Below are positions 36,334 to 49,554 of a DNA stretch of 60,041 nt, one piece after another. The stretch spans positions 1-60,041 of the forward strand of contig MQRK01236221.1 of assembly GCA_001938485.1 (NCBI GenBank), written 5' to 3'. The notes beneath the pieces were generated by a model. That model searched no databases. It was not told the origin of the DNA and saw only the letters and a program-made list of their open reading frames with translations. Source of the stretch: Girardia tigrina. Taxonomy: Eukaryota. Position numbers and translations under genes: made by a program. Positions within the stretch are counted from its first letter, which is position 1. Every line of letters begins with the position of its first letter.

Positions 36334-38077
36334 CCAAGTAAAGCCGTTTCAAATCAACAAATCATTAATTAAAATTAAAAAAACATTTTGCCATAATTAT
36401 CCAATAAAATCATGAATAATTAAAAATAAATAAAAAAATCATAGAAATAATTATGTACTCTCATGTTATTTTTTGTTTTAAATTGAAGAATTATGTTCTG
36501 TTTTTCCTAATTCTAAATATAAATATAAATATTTATTATATAAACTTAAATTTTTCAAAAAATCTTTATCAGTTTTCACAGGAATATTTGATTGAAATAA
36601 GAGAAAATGTTAAATGAGGAAAAGTTTATTTTTCTTAATTATTAGAAAAGCTGTAAGCTGTAATTTGTATTTTTTGTACTTTTTGTGTATTTTTGTGTGC
36701 GTTTAAGTTTGGTAGGTATGGAAATGATTGTAAATTATATAAATTTATATTTATAAATAATCTGGAATATTCAAAGGTATAATAAATAGCGACAATCATT
36801 TTGGTGGATATTTCTCAAAACCGAGGTTAAATAGTTGCAAAATTTAAAATTGATAATAAAATTAGAGTTTAATAAAATATTTTTTTAAATAATAAAAATG
36901 TTTACTTTTCTATTTGAGTAAAAAATAGAAAACAAATATTAAAAATAATCAGAATTAATAATTTTAAAATAAAAAAGTTAAGAAAATTTTTTTTGATTTT
37001 TAAAAAAAATATTTTTCGAAATTTTAATAAATTTGAATTTTTCTAAATATCGAGTGTTAAAAACATTGAGACAATTTTCATTTGAATTTTTATTACTATC
37101 ACATTTAGAGTCATTACAACTCTCGGAAGATCTTTCACTTTTTGACATCATCTTAATTGGATTTGCTATTTCTCTTTCGAACAAATTTTCCAAATCTTTT
37201 TAAAATATTTAAATTTTAAAAATATTAATTTAAATTAATAATTTAACTATTTCTTTATAAAAACTCAACATGTTAAAAATGTTATTATAAAAAGGGTTTA
37301 ATCCTGAAGTTAATTTGTTTCTGATACAAAGACAAAAAATTTATAATGAGTCAAAAAGTTTTATTCCATACAACACGAAAGTATTTAAAATAAAAAAAAT
37401 TTACCAAACAATTACATTAATGAATATCTGCATAAATAAAAAAATATTATTTTTATATATGGGAGAATAATCATAAGAATTGTGAAAATTAATACTTTAA
37501 ATTAAATCAACCTTTAGTTTAATAATTATTTTATTATTTTATTTAATTATTAATAATTATATGACGATTCATAAAGAAATATTGAACTGAACAAATTTTA
37601 ATATATAAAGTAAATAATTTTTTGTTTTAATTTTTTCTTTGGAATTTTAATTATTTCCTAATTAACATAAATTTATATATGAAATTTTTTTTTAATATTT
37701 ATAAATAAATTTTTACTTTTTTTATATTTTATAATCAAGATTTATAAAGAATGTCAAATAAAATGAAAATTTATATTAATCAACATCTGAAATTAAAAAG
37801 GGAAATTAATAATTATCAATGAATTAATTAATGAATAAAATTAATTAGTTGGTTTAATCAATTTAGATTTATATTTAAAATTTAATTTTACAAAAAAAGA
37901 AAAATGATTTCTCTTAAGTTTTATATTATTTTTTGGTTTTGAATGTCGTAGAAATAAAAAGGAAAAAACGTTTACAATATTTTAACAGAAATAATTACAA
38001 AGATGTCCAACAAATATGTAAAAAATAATTATATTTATGATGAAATTCTAGGATTTTTTAGAAAAAACATGTAATTA

Positions 38078-38180
38078 CTAGAAAAAGACCCGTCATATAC
38101 GACGGGTTAGCTGAATTTTCGACATTGAAAGTTTCTGTTTTAATTTTTAAATTGTAATTATTATAATTTATTATTTATTT
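38078..38180 (-). mobile_element. Helitron 3' terminus
   Basis: Minus strand ACCCGTC-gtatat-GACGGGT hairpin, then ctttttCTAG|T. Confidence 0.75.
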
Positions 38181-38199
38181 TTTCTAGTTATGTGTTGAT

Positions 38200-39400
38200 T
38201 TAACAATAAGTCAGTTAAATAGGCTCCCGAAGCCTTTCGGCAATGGCGCTCTACAGAAAGAACTACATTATTTATTGTTTAGTAAGAATAAAGAGAGGCT
38301 TGACATAAAAATTACAGCGTATTCTACATAAATTGTAATGAATAAAGAATTTAATAAAGATAAGAGTTAAATTTATATTAAAAAATCCAGTCGTCAATGG
38401 TTTTGGCAAAATTCTCACAGTACTTCATCAGCACTGACTGAAACATACCAGTGTATTTTACAGTATTACCCGATCCCTTAGTCAGTTGTTATTCATGGTA
38501 TTTCTCGTATTTGTTTTAATTTTAGTCAGAGCGAAAAATGTTCTTTCTTCTGTAGTAGTTATCACTGAAAGTGGGAGGAAAAATCGTAGAAGTTTTTTAA
38601 TATTTGGAAAATAGTGGATATCACCTTCAGAAAATGCTTCCAACGCTGCCACTGGCTAGTCTTTGGAGAGACACTGAACCTATTTATCCAGGTAAATGCA
38701 AAACTCCAATGGCAATCGTTGCTAGGGGTTTCATATAATTGGCTAAGCTTTTCAAAGTTGATATCGGTAGCTTTATGGCAGTGGAAAGGATCAAGAGCTT
38801 CAAATATTGAAAATATCTCCTCGTGATTATGACACAAAGTACCATTAAAATTGCTCTGTGAAAGCAAAATTCTTTCTAGAAATCTCTACAAAAGGTAAAC
38901 TGGATATTATTTTCATGAAGTTGTCTTCTGACGTTGTCAAGAAATACGTTGTAAACAGTCATTCTATAATAGTCATCTGATGATGAGAACTGTTATGAAA
39001 TTTCAACATGATCTGAAGATATACGTGTTAAAAATCCATCAGGTCTTGAGAAGATTTTATGAAAGGTTTCTTGACTATGCTCACAAGATCGATTAAATGT
39101 GCTCAAAACAGATTTAGTGTAAGCAACGCATGCTGCTAGATCTTTGGATTCGGATTGTAAGGTCTTCACTAGTCAAATAGTTAACGAGGTGACATATTTG
39201 GCAATAAGTAATGACATGATGAAGAAGCTTTTTCTTTATAGTTGACGGAAGAGCTTGTGTATTTGATGAGGTTTCTGTATCGTGGTTTTTTGATAAATGT
39301 TTCAGAGCATCCACAAATGACTCAAAAGGTTTATTAAATTGAATTATGGTATCATGTTTTGCCATCCATCGAGATTCACATCAAGTAAATGATGTAATGA
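38200..39400 (-). mobile_element. Decayed hAT transposase, C-terminal half
   Basis: Minus strand ...FPTFSVITTTEERTFFALTKIKTNTRNTM resembles the hAT dimerisation domain. Confidence 0.6.
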
Positions 39401-39592
39401 TTGTGTTAAATGAATGAATATTAATAAATTTATTTAAATTCATTTATTTTAATTGTCAGTTGTCGTTGAAAAATAAAATTTGAAATTGCAACTAATTCTT
39501 TTTGATTTATTTTCCTGAACACTGATTACGTATTGATTGCATAATCATTAACTGCGCTATATAAGTAAATTTCGTTTGAAAAATCATTTGTT

Positions 39593-39618
39593 CTGACGAT
39601 GACGGTTAAACCGTCGAA

Positions 39619-39624
<6 letters not shown>
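39593..39624 (+). ncRNA. Hammerhead motif truncated at the cleavage site and followed by (TAA)n
   Basis: CTGACGA-T-GACGG-ttaaa-CCGTC-GAAA-TTAA-T, then TAA repeats to ~39651. Upstream TTACGTAT, TTGCATAA and TATATAA. Confidence 0.8.
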
Positions 39625-39652
<28 letters not shown>

Positions 39653-39977
39653 GTAAAACCAAAAACTGAAGTTTAATTTATGCTTATGAATATGATTTCT
39701 TATAAGCACAGATATTATTGATTTTATTTAATAATATTTAAGTACCAGTATAAATTAAGCATACGTTAAATTATAATATTTAAAATTTAAATAATGTGTA
39801 TAAAAGTGTTTTACTTTCTATATGAAAGTTTAAAATATATTTGCTTACAATAGTCTTCAGTAAAAATAAATATCAGAAATATTTTCTTAAAAAACGAAAT
39901 AAGGAGAGAAATTAATATTTTCTTTACAAATATAGAAAGAATTATAAAGAAACACTGAAAATATGAAAATTAAATGT

Positions 39978-40013
<36 letters not shown>

Positions 40014-40099
40014 TATAGATTTTACCTTACAATGTATATATTCTAACGTTAAAATCAATTATTTTTTGAACAACTTGGAAAGAACGAAGGAATTCAAAA

Positions 40100-40900
40100 C
40101 AAAATGTATTTTGTCGGTGTGCGATTGTTTTGCATTGGTCAAATTATACTGAGTGTCACCAGTGTCAAACTTGGTACAGTTGAGGGAACACAACGTTCTC
40201 TCAGATTTCCATTTGGTCAGGCATTTCAGTCAAATTGCATCGATGAGATTTCGGATTGTTTTGAGTTTGATGGGAAGGCTAAAATTGAGTTGATTGTATT
40301 GAGTGTGAGAAGTTTCATCTCAAAGATTAGCTTTTGGTGTGCTGTTAGTTGTCATCTTTATCATATGTCTCCGTTACCTTGTAAAGTACGGAACGATAGA
40401 GAAAACATATCGTTTTCTCTTCGAGACAGGACAAAAAGGAAAAGAAATGACATGCCTGTTGCAGTTCCTATGGTTTGGCGGGAGCCAATTGACCGTGTCA
40501 ATGTTTGGTTTGCGAGAATGAGATTAATTGCATTTAGTGCATTTTTCTTAATTTTAAGGAAAAGTGAAATAAAGTTATTTTCATCCCATAATTTATCATC
40601 TATCAAAATATTGATAGGTTTGATTGAACATCTTACTTTAAGCAACATCAAGAAAATACTTTCATAGTAAAACTAAATTTTTATTTTCATTAGTGCATAA
40701 ATCAATGGAATTGATCGTACGTCAATACGGCATGTATAGTAAATTCATGTAAGAATACTTCAGGAGCTATTTGTAGAGTACCATACATAAATCAGTGTGG
40801 AAACTGCTCCAAATTTAATGTTGTGCCGAACATCGAAATTATAAATGTGTCTTTATCACTGGAGTCCAAATAAAAAAATTTTTAGAAAGTGTTGTTACTT
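40100..40900 (+). mobile_element. Chapaev3-like transposase fragment
   Basis: KRNDMPVAVPMVWREP motif. Confidence 0.55.
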
Positions 40901-42165
40901 TCTCATCATTAGGAAAATTATATCGGTAAGGTTCAGTCAAAGGGTCATGAACCGAAGAAAGGTTTATTGGATAGATTAATTATGTAATGAAGAGAATAAC
41001 TAGTTAAGGAAAAATGATAAAAATATAGAATTTTAATTATAGTGACTAGACAGATTCTTTAATTGAATGAAAATGCTTACTGACGATATAAAAGGAATTA
41101 AGTAAATGTATAATCACTATGAACTTTATTGGTAAACTAATTCAAACGAGAAAAAAACAGAGAAAAGGAAGATTACAATATTTAATCACAGGAAAAAGAA
41201 AATTTAACTGTGGAATTTAACTGTTCGAATAAAATTGTAATTATTAGTTACTTGATTTTATGACTTTGGGATATCTTTTTGAATGGAGTTTATTGTATGT
41301 TGTTTGATATGTTGTTTTAGGATATTATTTCTCCCTCCATGATGGAAGATTGATATTTTAAATATTTAAGACGTCGGATTATTTAATCAATTTTAAAATT
41401 TAAATAACCAACTTTAAAATCAAATTAATATATCATAAATAATTTATTAATAATATTTTTCTTAAAATAAATAAAAATGAATTTGTAATTAAAATTATTT
41501 TGTGATCGAATTGTAAGTCAAAGTGTAATTTAAATTTGTTTGAATGGTAAGGCGTTTAGAGATATTATGAAAAAAATTATCAATCAGGAACGATGACAAG
41601 TTACAAAGTTTTGTGGAGAATTGCCATAAATATATTGAAAATTTAATTAGTGTTCTCTATAATAACTGTAAGTTATCAAGATAGTTTTCAAGAGCAAATC
41701 AAGCCTTTTAATAAACTTCGGTCTGAAACAAATTAATTCACAGATGTCTTTTGTTAAATCGATTGTAATATTGAGATTTCTCAAGTTAATTTCTTTTCTT
41801 TCGTTGTTATATATTCTTCTGTTAAGGATAAACAATAGTTACCCTATATGCTCTACATATATCGTATATCATATATTAGTACTATAACACTATTATTTTT
41901 TCGATTTAGTGGCAAAGTCCAGATATACATTACTTTTAAAGGAGGCAGTACCGTAAGAGCACGCACTAGTATTCCATCAATATATCTCAGACGCGCACTA
42001 CTACTGGACCATGCATTTCTCATAGAACACGAAGTACTATTAAATTTATCAAAAACGATAGTTTTTCCTTTCCATGCTAAAGCTGAAATTACCTTATATT
42101 GTTTAGTTCATCGGTTTCTTCTGAATCACCATGCATGTTGTAGAGTAATTATGTAGACTCTAGAG

Positions 42166-42866
42166 CAGTGATAGGCAACCTTTTTCAAGATCGGGTAAAT
42201 TATAATATTTTTCAATTTCTACTTGGTAACTGGGTAAAAAATTAACTCATATTTCTAAGTGTATAAAACATTTATTTTACATATTAAAAACATTTTAAAA
42301 TAATGTAATTGTAATTAATGACTTCCTTGATGCTGAAATTCGTTGCACAATTTTTCTAAATTAGGTTGATATGTTGTTGTTTTTAATCTGATGTAGGCAT
42401 CTAAATTTTCCAGAGTGAATCTATTCCTAGCAGAATTTAAAATGAATTTCATTTGTGAAAATATTTGCTCACATATATAGCTGGAACCAAAAGCAGACAA
42501 CAAAGCAAATCCAACTTTTTTTATACAGGAAAATCTTGGTGGAAGTGACGACCAAAAATTTCCTATTAAATTAAGGTTATTTACGCAACACATAAAATAA
42601 CATGTAAATTAAATCCGTAGAATTGTAAAATAAGCAACAGAAAAAAACTATGGCAACGGCAAGCAATAACGGTGAATTCAAATTTCGAATGGTTCTGAGA
42701 AAAACAACATCATAGAATTTTTTTGGAATTTATTGATAATTAGTATTTTGGATTTTCAATGCACTTTTATAAAAATAAATATTCAAAAAAATGCTAACGA
42801 TTGGGTAATTGGATATATGGCTGCGGGTAATTGCATTACCCGCGGGAAGGGGGTTGCGTATCACTG
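42166..42866 (-). mobile_element. Internally deleted hAT (Buster/Charlie-like) element
   Basis: TIRs CAGTGATAGGCAACC / GGTTGCGTATCACTG, perfect 8-bp TSD CTCTAGAG. ORF 42315-42593 carries FGSSYICEQIFSQMK...QHQGSH. Confidence 0.92.
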
Positions 42867-43774
42867 CTCTAGAGTTTAATAGAGTTTAATTAGAGTTTAA
42901 TTTGACTCACTAATTTTTGACCATGTTGATTCAGGTCATGTTTATTGCTGAATGATATTGTAAATGGTCTTGAAGTATGCTGTTTGATGATATGGTGCTA
43001 TAGATAAAGAGAAACTTCTTTATAAATAAAACTGAATTTCTGACGGAAATCTAAAATATGTTAATATATGTTCTATCGATACAACTGTATAATAATGTAA
43101 AACATTGGACACTTATTACCATGTTTTTGGCCCAGTCCCTAGGTTTTCATAGAGACTGACTAGTGGTAGCAGAGTCCTTATATTTATGGGGATTCTATTT
43201 TACATTAATCGTTAATTCCGTTCTTGTTCGGCTCACTTTTTAATTTTCTTGTGCTGAAAATTGGCAGTAAAATTTAAATCAAAATTAGCTTGATAAAATA
43301 TAAATTCTTTAGACGAAAAATACGAACTTGTCAAACAAAATATAAACCTGTCTCATTCAAAAATGAAATTCTTTTCTTTCAAAATAATTGATTTCGTTTT
43401 GAATATTCGACAAAGTACAAATAAATCGTTTTCGTTCAATATAATTATTATCTTGCTCCAAATGATTTACAAAAAAATTTCAATCAACATTTTTTAGCAT
43501 TAATAGTGATTTTAAATTACTCCATTTAAGACGAAGCTCAAGTGAGCCAATGAATTCAGTCATTTCATTCTGACTGGTACACATACACCAGCCCAGTTAG
43601 ATAGATTAAAGGCGTGAATAATATTTTCGAGTGGTATTTATTGTGTTTGGTATGTTGTTTTTAGGATAGTGTATCTCCAAAACAGATGGAAGATTGATAT
43701 TTTAAATGTATTGAACCGTTAGAATACTCGGAAAATTTTCGAAATCTATGTAACTAACTTTAAAATTAAATTAA

Positions 43775-43986
43775 CACTTTGAGTGCGGTTATATTTTTGT
43801 AATCCATTCACATGGCGTGATTTTTTTTCTTCTCCTAAAGCATTAATTTTTAACTTATATACCGCTTGCGGGCTTCTCGGGTAGCCGTGGGAATCATATA
43901 GGGTCATGACGAATATGACGCGTCACTTGGCGCCTCGCTGTAATACTCATATGACAAAGACGTCTGCGTCAGTCGCACTCAAAGTG
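43775..43986. mobile_element. 212-bp piggyBac-type MITE
   Basis: TTAA|CACTTTGAGTGCG...CGCACTCAAAGTG|TTAA. Confidence 0.85.
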
Positions 43987-45561
43987 TTAATATATTTTAA
44001 TCAATAAAATATATTTAGGTTTTAATCAAAATATTTTAAACCAATTTAAAAGTTATTTAAAATATTTTAATAGTGGATTGTAACATAAAGATGTATTTAA
44101 TCATAAGCAATGTATTTAAAATGAAATAATATTTTTGAAAATAATTTTAAAATATAATTGTAATTTAAATTTGTTCGAATAATTATAGGTTTTGTAAGAG
44201 AATTTAAAATTATCAACCAAGAACGAAATCGAACGACGAAAGTTTTGTGGAGAATTGTCCTGGAGGCCATTCGAGTTGTGATTTCAATAAAAGTATTGGA
44301 AATCATAGTGTTCTTAATACAAAGTAAATATAAAGATAATGACATATATAAATAATTTTAATTTGAATTTTCGAAGCATGCCACATAATTTCTGCGACAG
44401 TTAATCTCGGTACACAAGTATTTATTTTTCAAAAAATTAATTTTAAATAATACAAAAACTTTAAAATTAATTATGTATTTTATTATTAACAATTTTTAAA
44501 ATTAGTTTTTAAAATAACTTTAAAAGCAGAATGTTTAATTATAAAAATAACTATTAATTTTAATCAAGAAAAATTGAAAAATTTGAGTGCATATTTTTTT
44601 AAGTTCAATTTTTTCTAATTTTGATCAAAAAATATTTTTTTTAAATTAAAAAATCAATTTTATGTTTCACATTTTTTATCTATTTTCAATTTTTTAGAGA
44701 AAAATCGAATAAATTAAATTTATAAAAAATTAAAAAAATTCTCTTATTTTATAAAAAATATTGTTATTATTTAAATTATAGTTTATCAACAAAATGATAT
44801 AATTAATTATTTTCATTTTCTCCAGTGTTTTTATTATATTTATTGTGGACGCTAATATTTAAATTACTTTTTTTATTAAACAAATTTTTTAATATTTACT
44901 TAAGATTATTAGCATTTATATAAATCAAATCTTTAAATCGTATTATTAAAATTTGTTTAAAATATTCTCTGAAGTGAATCTTCTATGAACTAAAGGCTTT
45001 TAGAAAACTTAGTAAATAAAGATGATTTGTAAACGTTTTTGTCTTTTGTTTTAAAAATATTTTTTGTATATGTTTCTCATTTAAATATTAATTTATTTTT
45101 ATGATTTTAGTAATATTTTTTTTATTTAGTCATAAATTTTAAAATCTTTTTAATGGAAGAAGTTTATCATGATTAATAATTAATTAATTTTTTAACTGGT
45201 GATATAAATTGAATAATTTAATGTGTGGTGAAAATAATAAATCTAAGTGTTTTTAAAGAAAAATAAACAATGTTTAATAAAACATGTATACAATATTTTG
45301 ACGAATAAATATATTTTTAACAGTTTTTCATGTAAAATGTAAAAAGAATGTAATCAATTTTAACATGGAAAGATCAAATAATTAAATCACAGAAGAAGTC
45401 TGATAATATTATCAAGATTTTTTAATTATTATTTTATGTTTAATATTTTATTTTTTTCATAACATTATAATCATTTTAAAAAAATAACAAGTACTTTGAT
45501 AAACAACATGAAAAGGAAATGCTATAAAATACATTTCCTAATTAATTTTTTCAAAAAATCG

Positions 45562-45569
<8 letters not shown>

Positions 45570-45597
<28 letters not shown>

Positions 45598-46070
45598 TAG
45601 TGCGAAGATGACGACTTGTCTCTCCAATGTACAAGGATTCACACATGTGACATTTAGATTGATATACTAGATTAGCTTGGACACCCAATTGAGTTTTTGA
45701 TTTATTCGAGAAATATCTCGATGGTTTATTAGTTATGAAGATCACCATCTTTCAAAACAATTAAATTATTTCTCCAAACTTTGAAGAAATACTGAAGTTA
45801 TTTAAGGTTCTAATGGAGACCCCATTGCCACTCCATCAACTTGCTGGTACCATTCATTATTAAAAATAAATAGAATATTTATTTTACTAAATTCTAAAAG
45901 TGTCTTTATTGCTTTACTAATCTCTTGAAGACACTTCTTCAAGACAACTCTTCCCATAATTTAGTACAAAAATCAATAGTTTCATTTAGAGTTACATTAG
46001 TGAAGAAGCTAACAATCTTAAATGAAACCATAACCTCCTCATTAGTTTTGAGTTTATAAAATTAATTATT
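45570..46070 (-). mobile_element. Internally deleted PLE fragment (RT plus GIY-YIG) ending in (TA)n
   Basis: VSFFTNVTLNETIDF, WYQQVDGVAMGSPL and VYQSKCHMCESLYIGETSRHLRTRI. Confidence 0.8.
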
Positions 46071-46084
46071 AACCCAAGGTAGAG

Positions 46085-48015
46085 TTTGTGATTTTCATGG
46101 CATCGGTATGATCAGTCTCTCGACATTAGAGAATTTTGTCTGCCGGTTCAACTAATTCCAATATCCATTTTATCATGATTAAAACAAAGCGGAAATTGAT
46201 ATCTCTCAAAACCTTGATCAATCCCACCGTGAGAGCCATGACATTTCTACTACAATCGTTGAATGTTTGAAGACTTTCAGCATAATTGCTATGTATAATA
46301 TTGGTAATGTTCAAATATTCTTGCAATCAATGCTCCAATAACCGCGGAACTTTATCACTTTCATAAAGTGCAGTAATACTGGGATGAGAGTGAAATTCAT
46401 GTAGAGTTTCCCCTTCGTCAAAATACTGCTTCACAATAGAATAACTAGAAATAGCTTTTACTATCACAAAATGAATCCAGTAATTGAAACAGTGAACCTA
46501 TGGTATTTTCCTTTGGAGTTTGACGCCTCCCAATGATCATGAACGCCTCCCAATGATCCACTCATTTCACTAGAGTCATTGTAGCATTGACTTAGCAGAT
46601 AAGTTGTATTCATTTTGATTTCTTTTAGTTTTGTCATTGTTTAAGCTATCAGGGACTCTGCATCCAAATTTACAGTAGTTTTGATCAAAAGTCAAGATTC
46701 AAATGCTTTTCAAACCTTAACATATCAAGTTCCAATCGCTATAATTTCTCAATTGCATGTGTCCTTTATCCGGTCTTCTAACAAGGTGCACAATGGAACA
46801 TCAGCAGTGGTTATGTTTTCACTATATCTTTTATGACTTATTCAGCCATCAACCGGATGATATCATTTTGTATTTCGGGTGACACATAGTTGGCATTCTT
46901 TGGAATGTGTTTATAACACTCTGCTAAACGTATATTCTTTTGAAGTGTATATTCAAACAGATTTCTGAACTAAAAATGTTCTTCCTTTTCATCAATATAG
47001 TAGCGTCCTTCTAATGTCAGTTTGTTCGCGCTGTTCTTTTTTTCATACCATAATATCATAGTTTGTTGATAAACGTCAATGAAATCATGTTTTAGAAATC
47101 CTCTCTCCTTCTCCTGAGCTTTCTTCCAATTCATAAAACCTAGAGAAGTAAAAGCTTTTTCCTTCCTTCCTTGTAACTGAAAAACAAGACAGGGCTAACA
47201 TAATTCAGCATCTTAGTCTTCTGAGTACTCCAACCAGTTTCAACCAGTCTTGCTAAAAACTCTGACCGTCTTTGTTTTTAATGTAACTTTTTTCTCTTGA
47301 TTTGCAGAAAAAAAGAGTAATATTGAAGAATGATGCAAGATAAACGACATATCTGAGCCCTTGGTATTGATGACGAAGACGTGGATTCCGCAGATACAAG
47401 CAAAGATACTGGAGTAAGGGGAATGGGTAATTGCGATATGGCTGTTGATAAATTCACTTTACTTAAGGGAATAACAAATTTATCCATTATGATTGTAAAT
47501 TATCACTCAAAGAAGTAATAAATTGGTATATGAAACCACTTTCACCACATAAAGCTGTACACCCATTCATACACAATGCAATCATTAATTCAGGTTTCAG
47601 GCGAAGATTTGAGTGCATGATGATGCGATTTGAGTACATGAGTATGTGAACTATGTTATTATTCTTATTCTATTGCTCTTTTGTGATTGGAGTGAATGTA
47701 TGTGAAGTGTATTTATTCTTCTATTAATTCTCTCTCTTTAGTTTTGAATCCCTTTCTACTCCCTTTTATGCCCAGTTATTATAAAATGTAGGTGTAGGGA
47801 AAGAGTAGTATGCAGGTGGATGAATAGACTAAGTGCCGCTATAAGAGATAAAGTGATGGTGTGTGCAAATTCATGATGTTCCCGGTTATAAGAGAACTGA
47901 ACTGATAAAAATTCTGTTTCCGATTGCTTTCTTTAAAAACGTTCAAGTAAAACGTTTTAAAATAAGAAATATGTTATTAGAGGTTTAGCCCCCTGTCCCT
48001 TAACTACACCTCCGT
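46085..48015 (-). mobile_element. Decayed hAT (Tip100/ZMYM1-like) transposon
   Basis: Minus strand WLEYSE...AFTSLGFMNWKKA...FLKH (TTF-type zinc finger region) plus downstream transposase-like segments. Confidence 0.65.
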
Positions 48016-49554
48016 AGCATCAGCAATTGTAATGCAATGTGTAAGATATTTTGTAAGTAAAAGAAGATTTGTAAGTAAATAATAAATTTTTAAGGACTTT
48101 ATTATATATTAATGACAATTTTCTTTTATTTTCCTTTAAAAAAATACAAAAATTTTAAATAAATAACTAATAAATCATTTGTTGTATTCAAAAATATATT
48201 AAAACAAAAAAGAGTAAAAAAAGATTTATGAACTAATCACACAAAAAAGAAAGTTTGATGAGGAGTAAAATTAACTAAACTAGAAGTATTCTTAATACAC
48301 AAATAATCGTTAATAAACAAATAAAAAAAGATGGTAATTTTTCCAAAAATATAAAATAAATTATAAACCTAACAACAAAGGGCGATATATGATAGCTGAG
48401 CTAAAGAAATGATAACACTGGGAAAGTCGTCAAAACACGATTTATTTATTTGTTTATTTAATTTTTAATTATTATCTATTAATATTTATTATTTATTTAA
48501 ATATATTATTTTTTTATTTATATATTTTGCTTATTTATTCTTTATTTTTTTTTACCGAAATCCCAGATAATATAAAATATTGAATAAATTAAATCGCTAA
48601 AATAATTATTATCATATAATAGATAACAGAAAATTAAAAATTTTAGATAATAAAATTTTTTTTTAATTTTTATTAATTATTTTCTGTTGAAATTTGGTAG
48701 GATTTATCATTTCAGACGGTAACTCGAACCGAGATAATCATTTGCTTTTTTGCTTAAAATTAATGAAACAATATTTTTCAGCAAAAAATATTCTTTTTTG
48801 AATTAATTATTCATATTTCATTATGGAAATATTTTAATTAGTTCTTCTAAATATTATATTTAATTTCTAATTTTAGGGAAACAAAACATTCAATAAATCT
48901 TATGGTTTTTCAACAAGCCTAAGATAAAAATAAATAAAAACTTTATAGCAATTTAAATGTATGACAATTAAAACCAACTAATAACTTCCTGAAAAAAACA
49001 CGTAAAATTTTAAATAAAAATAATTCTTCTAAAATAAAAAATATCACAATTAAACGATATTTTTTTCTAATTTATTCGTGGGACAATTTGATAATTGATA
49101 CTATTTTGGATAGACAAAATGAGACAGAAGATTAATCTCACAGAAGATTTACTCAAACAAAAAATGTATAACTATATAAGTAAAATAAAAATGTATCTGA
49201 AATTCGGTATGATTGTAAAGAAATATAAAACATAATAACAAAATAAACAGAACACAATTAATGTACGATTTGTTTGATTAAAAACTCTTGTTTTATAACA
49301 AATTACACGGCGAAAACCGACTGTTTTAGTCAAAGTAAAGACAATGGGGATTTTGTAAGTTGAGACCCCTCCATTTTGGAATTACTTAAAAGGAATATTA
49401 ACCATATTCTAGTGTTTTAGGTGCATATTAATAATTGAATTATTGCTATTTTTGCAAATTAAACCCGTTTATTCTTAAGAAATCGTAAATTTTATTTTCA
49501 TCAAAATATTTTCCATTATTAGACATCTTTTTGGTAATTATTGATTTCCCTAAA

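Noticed and set aside
38974-39012. TCAT-CTGATGA...GAAA...ATGA hammerhead-like pattern
   Set aside because: Stem II and the UH cleavage site do not form, and it lies antisense within a hAT remnant.
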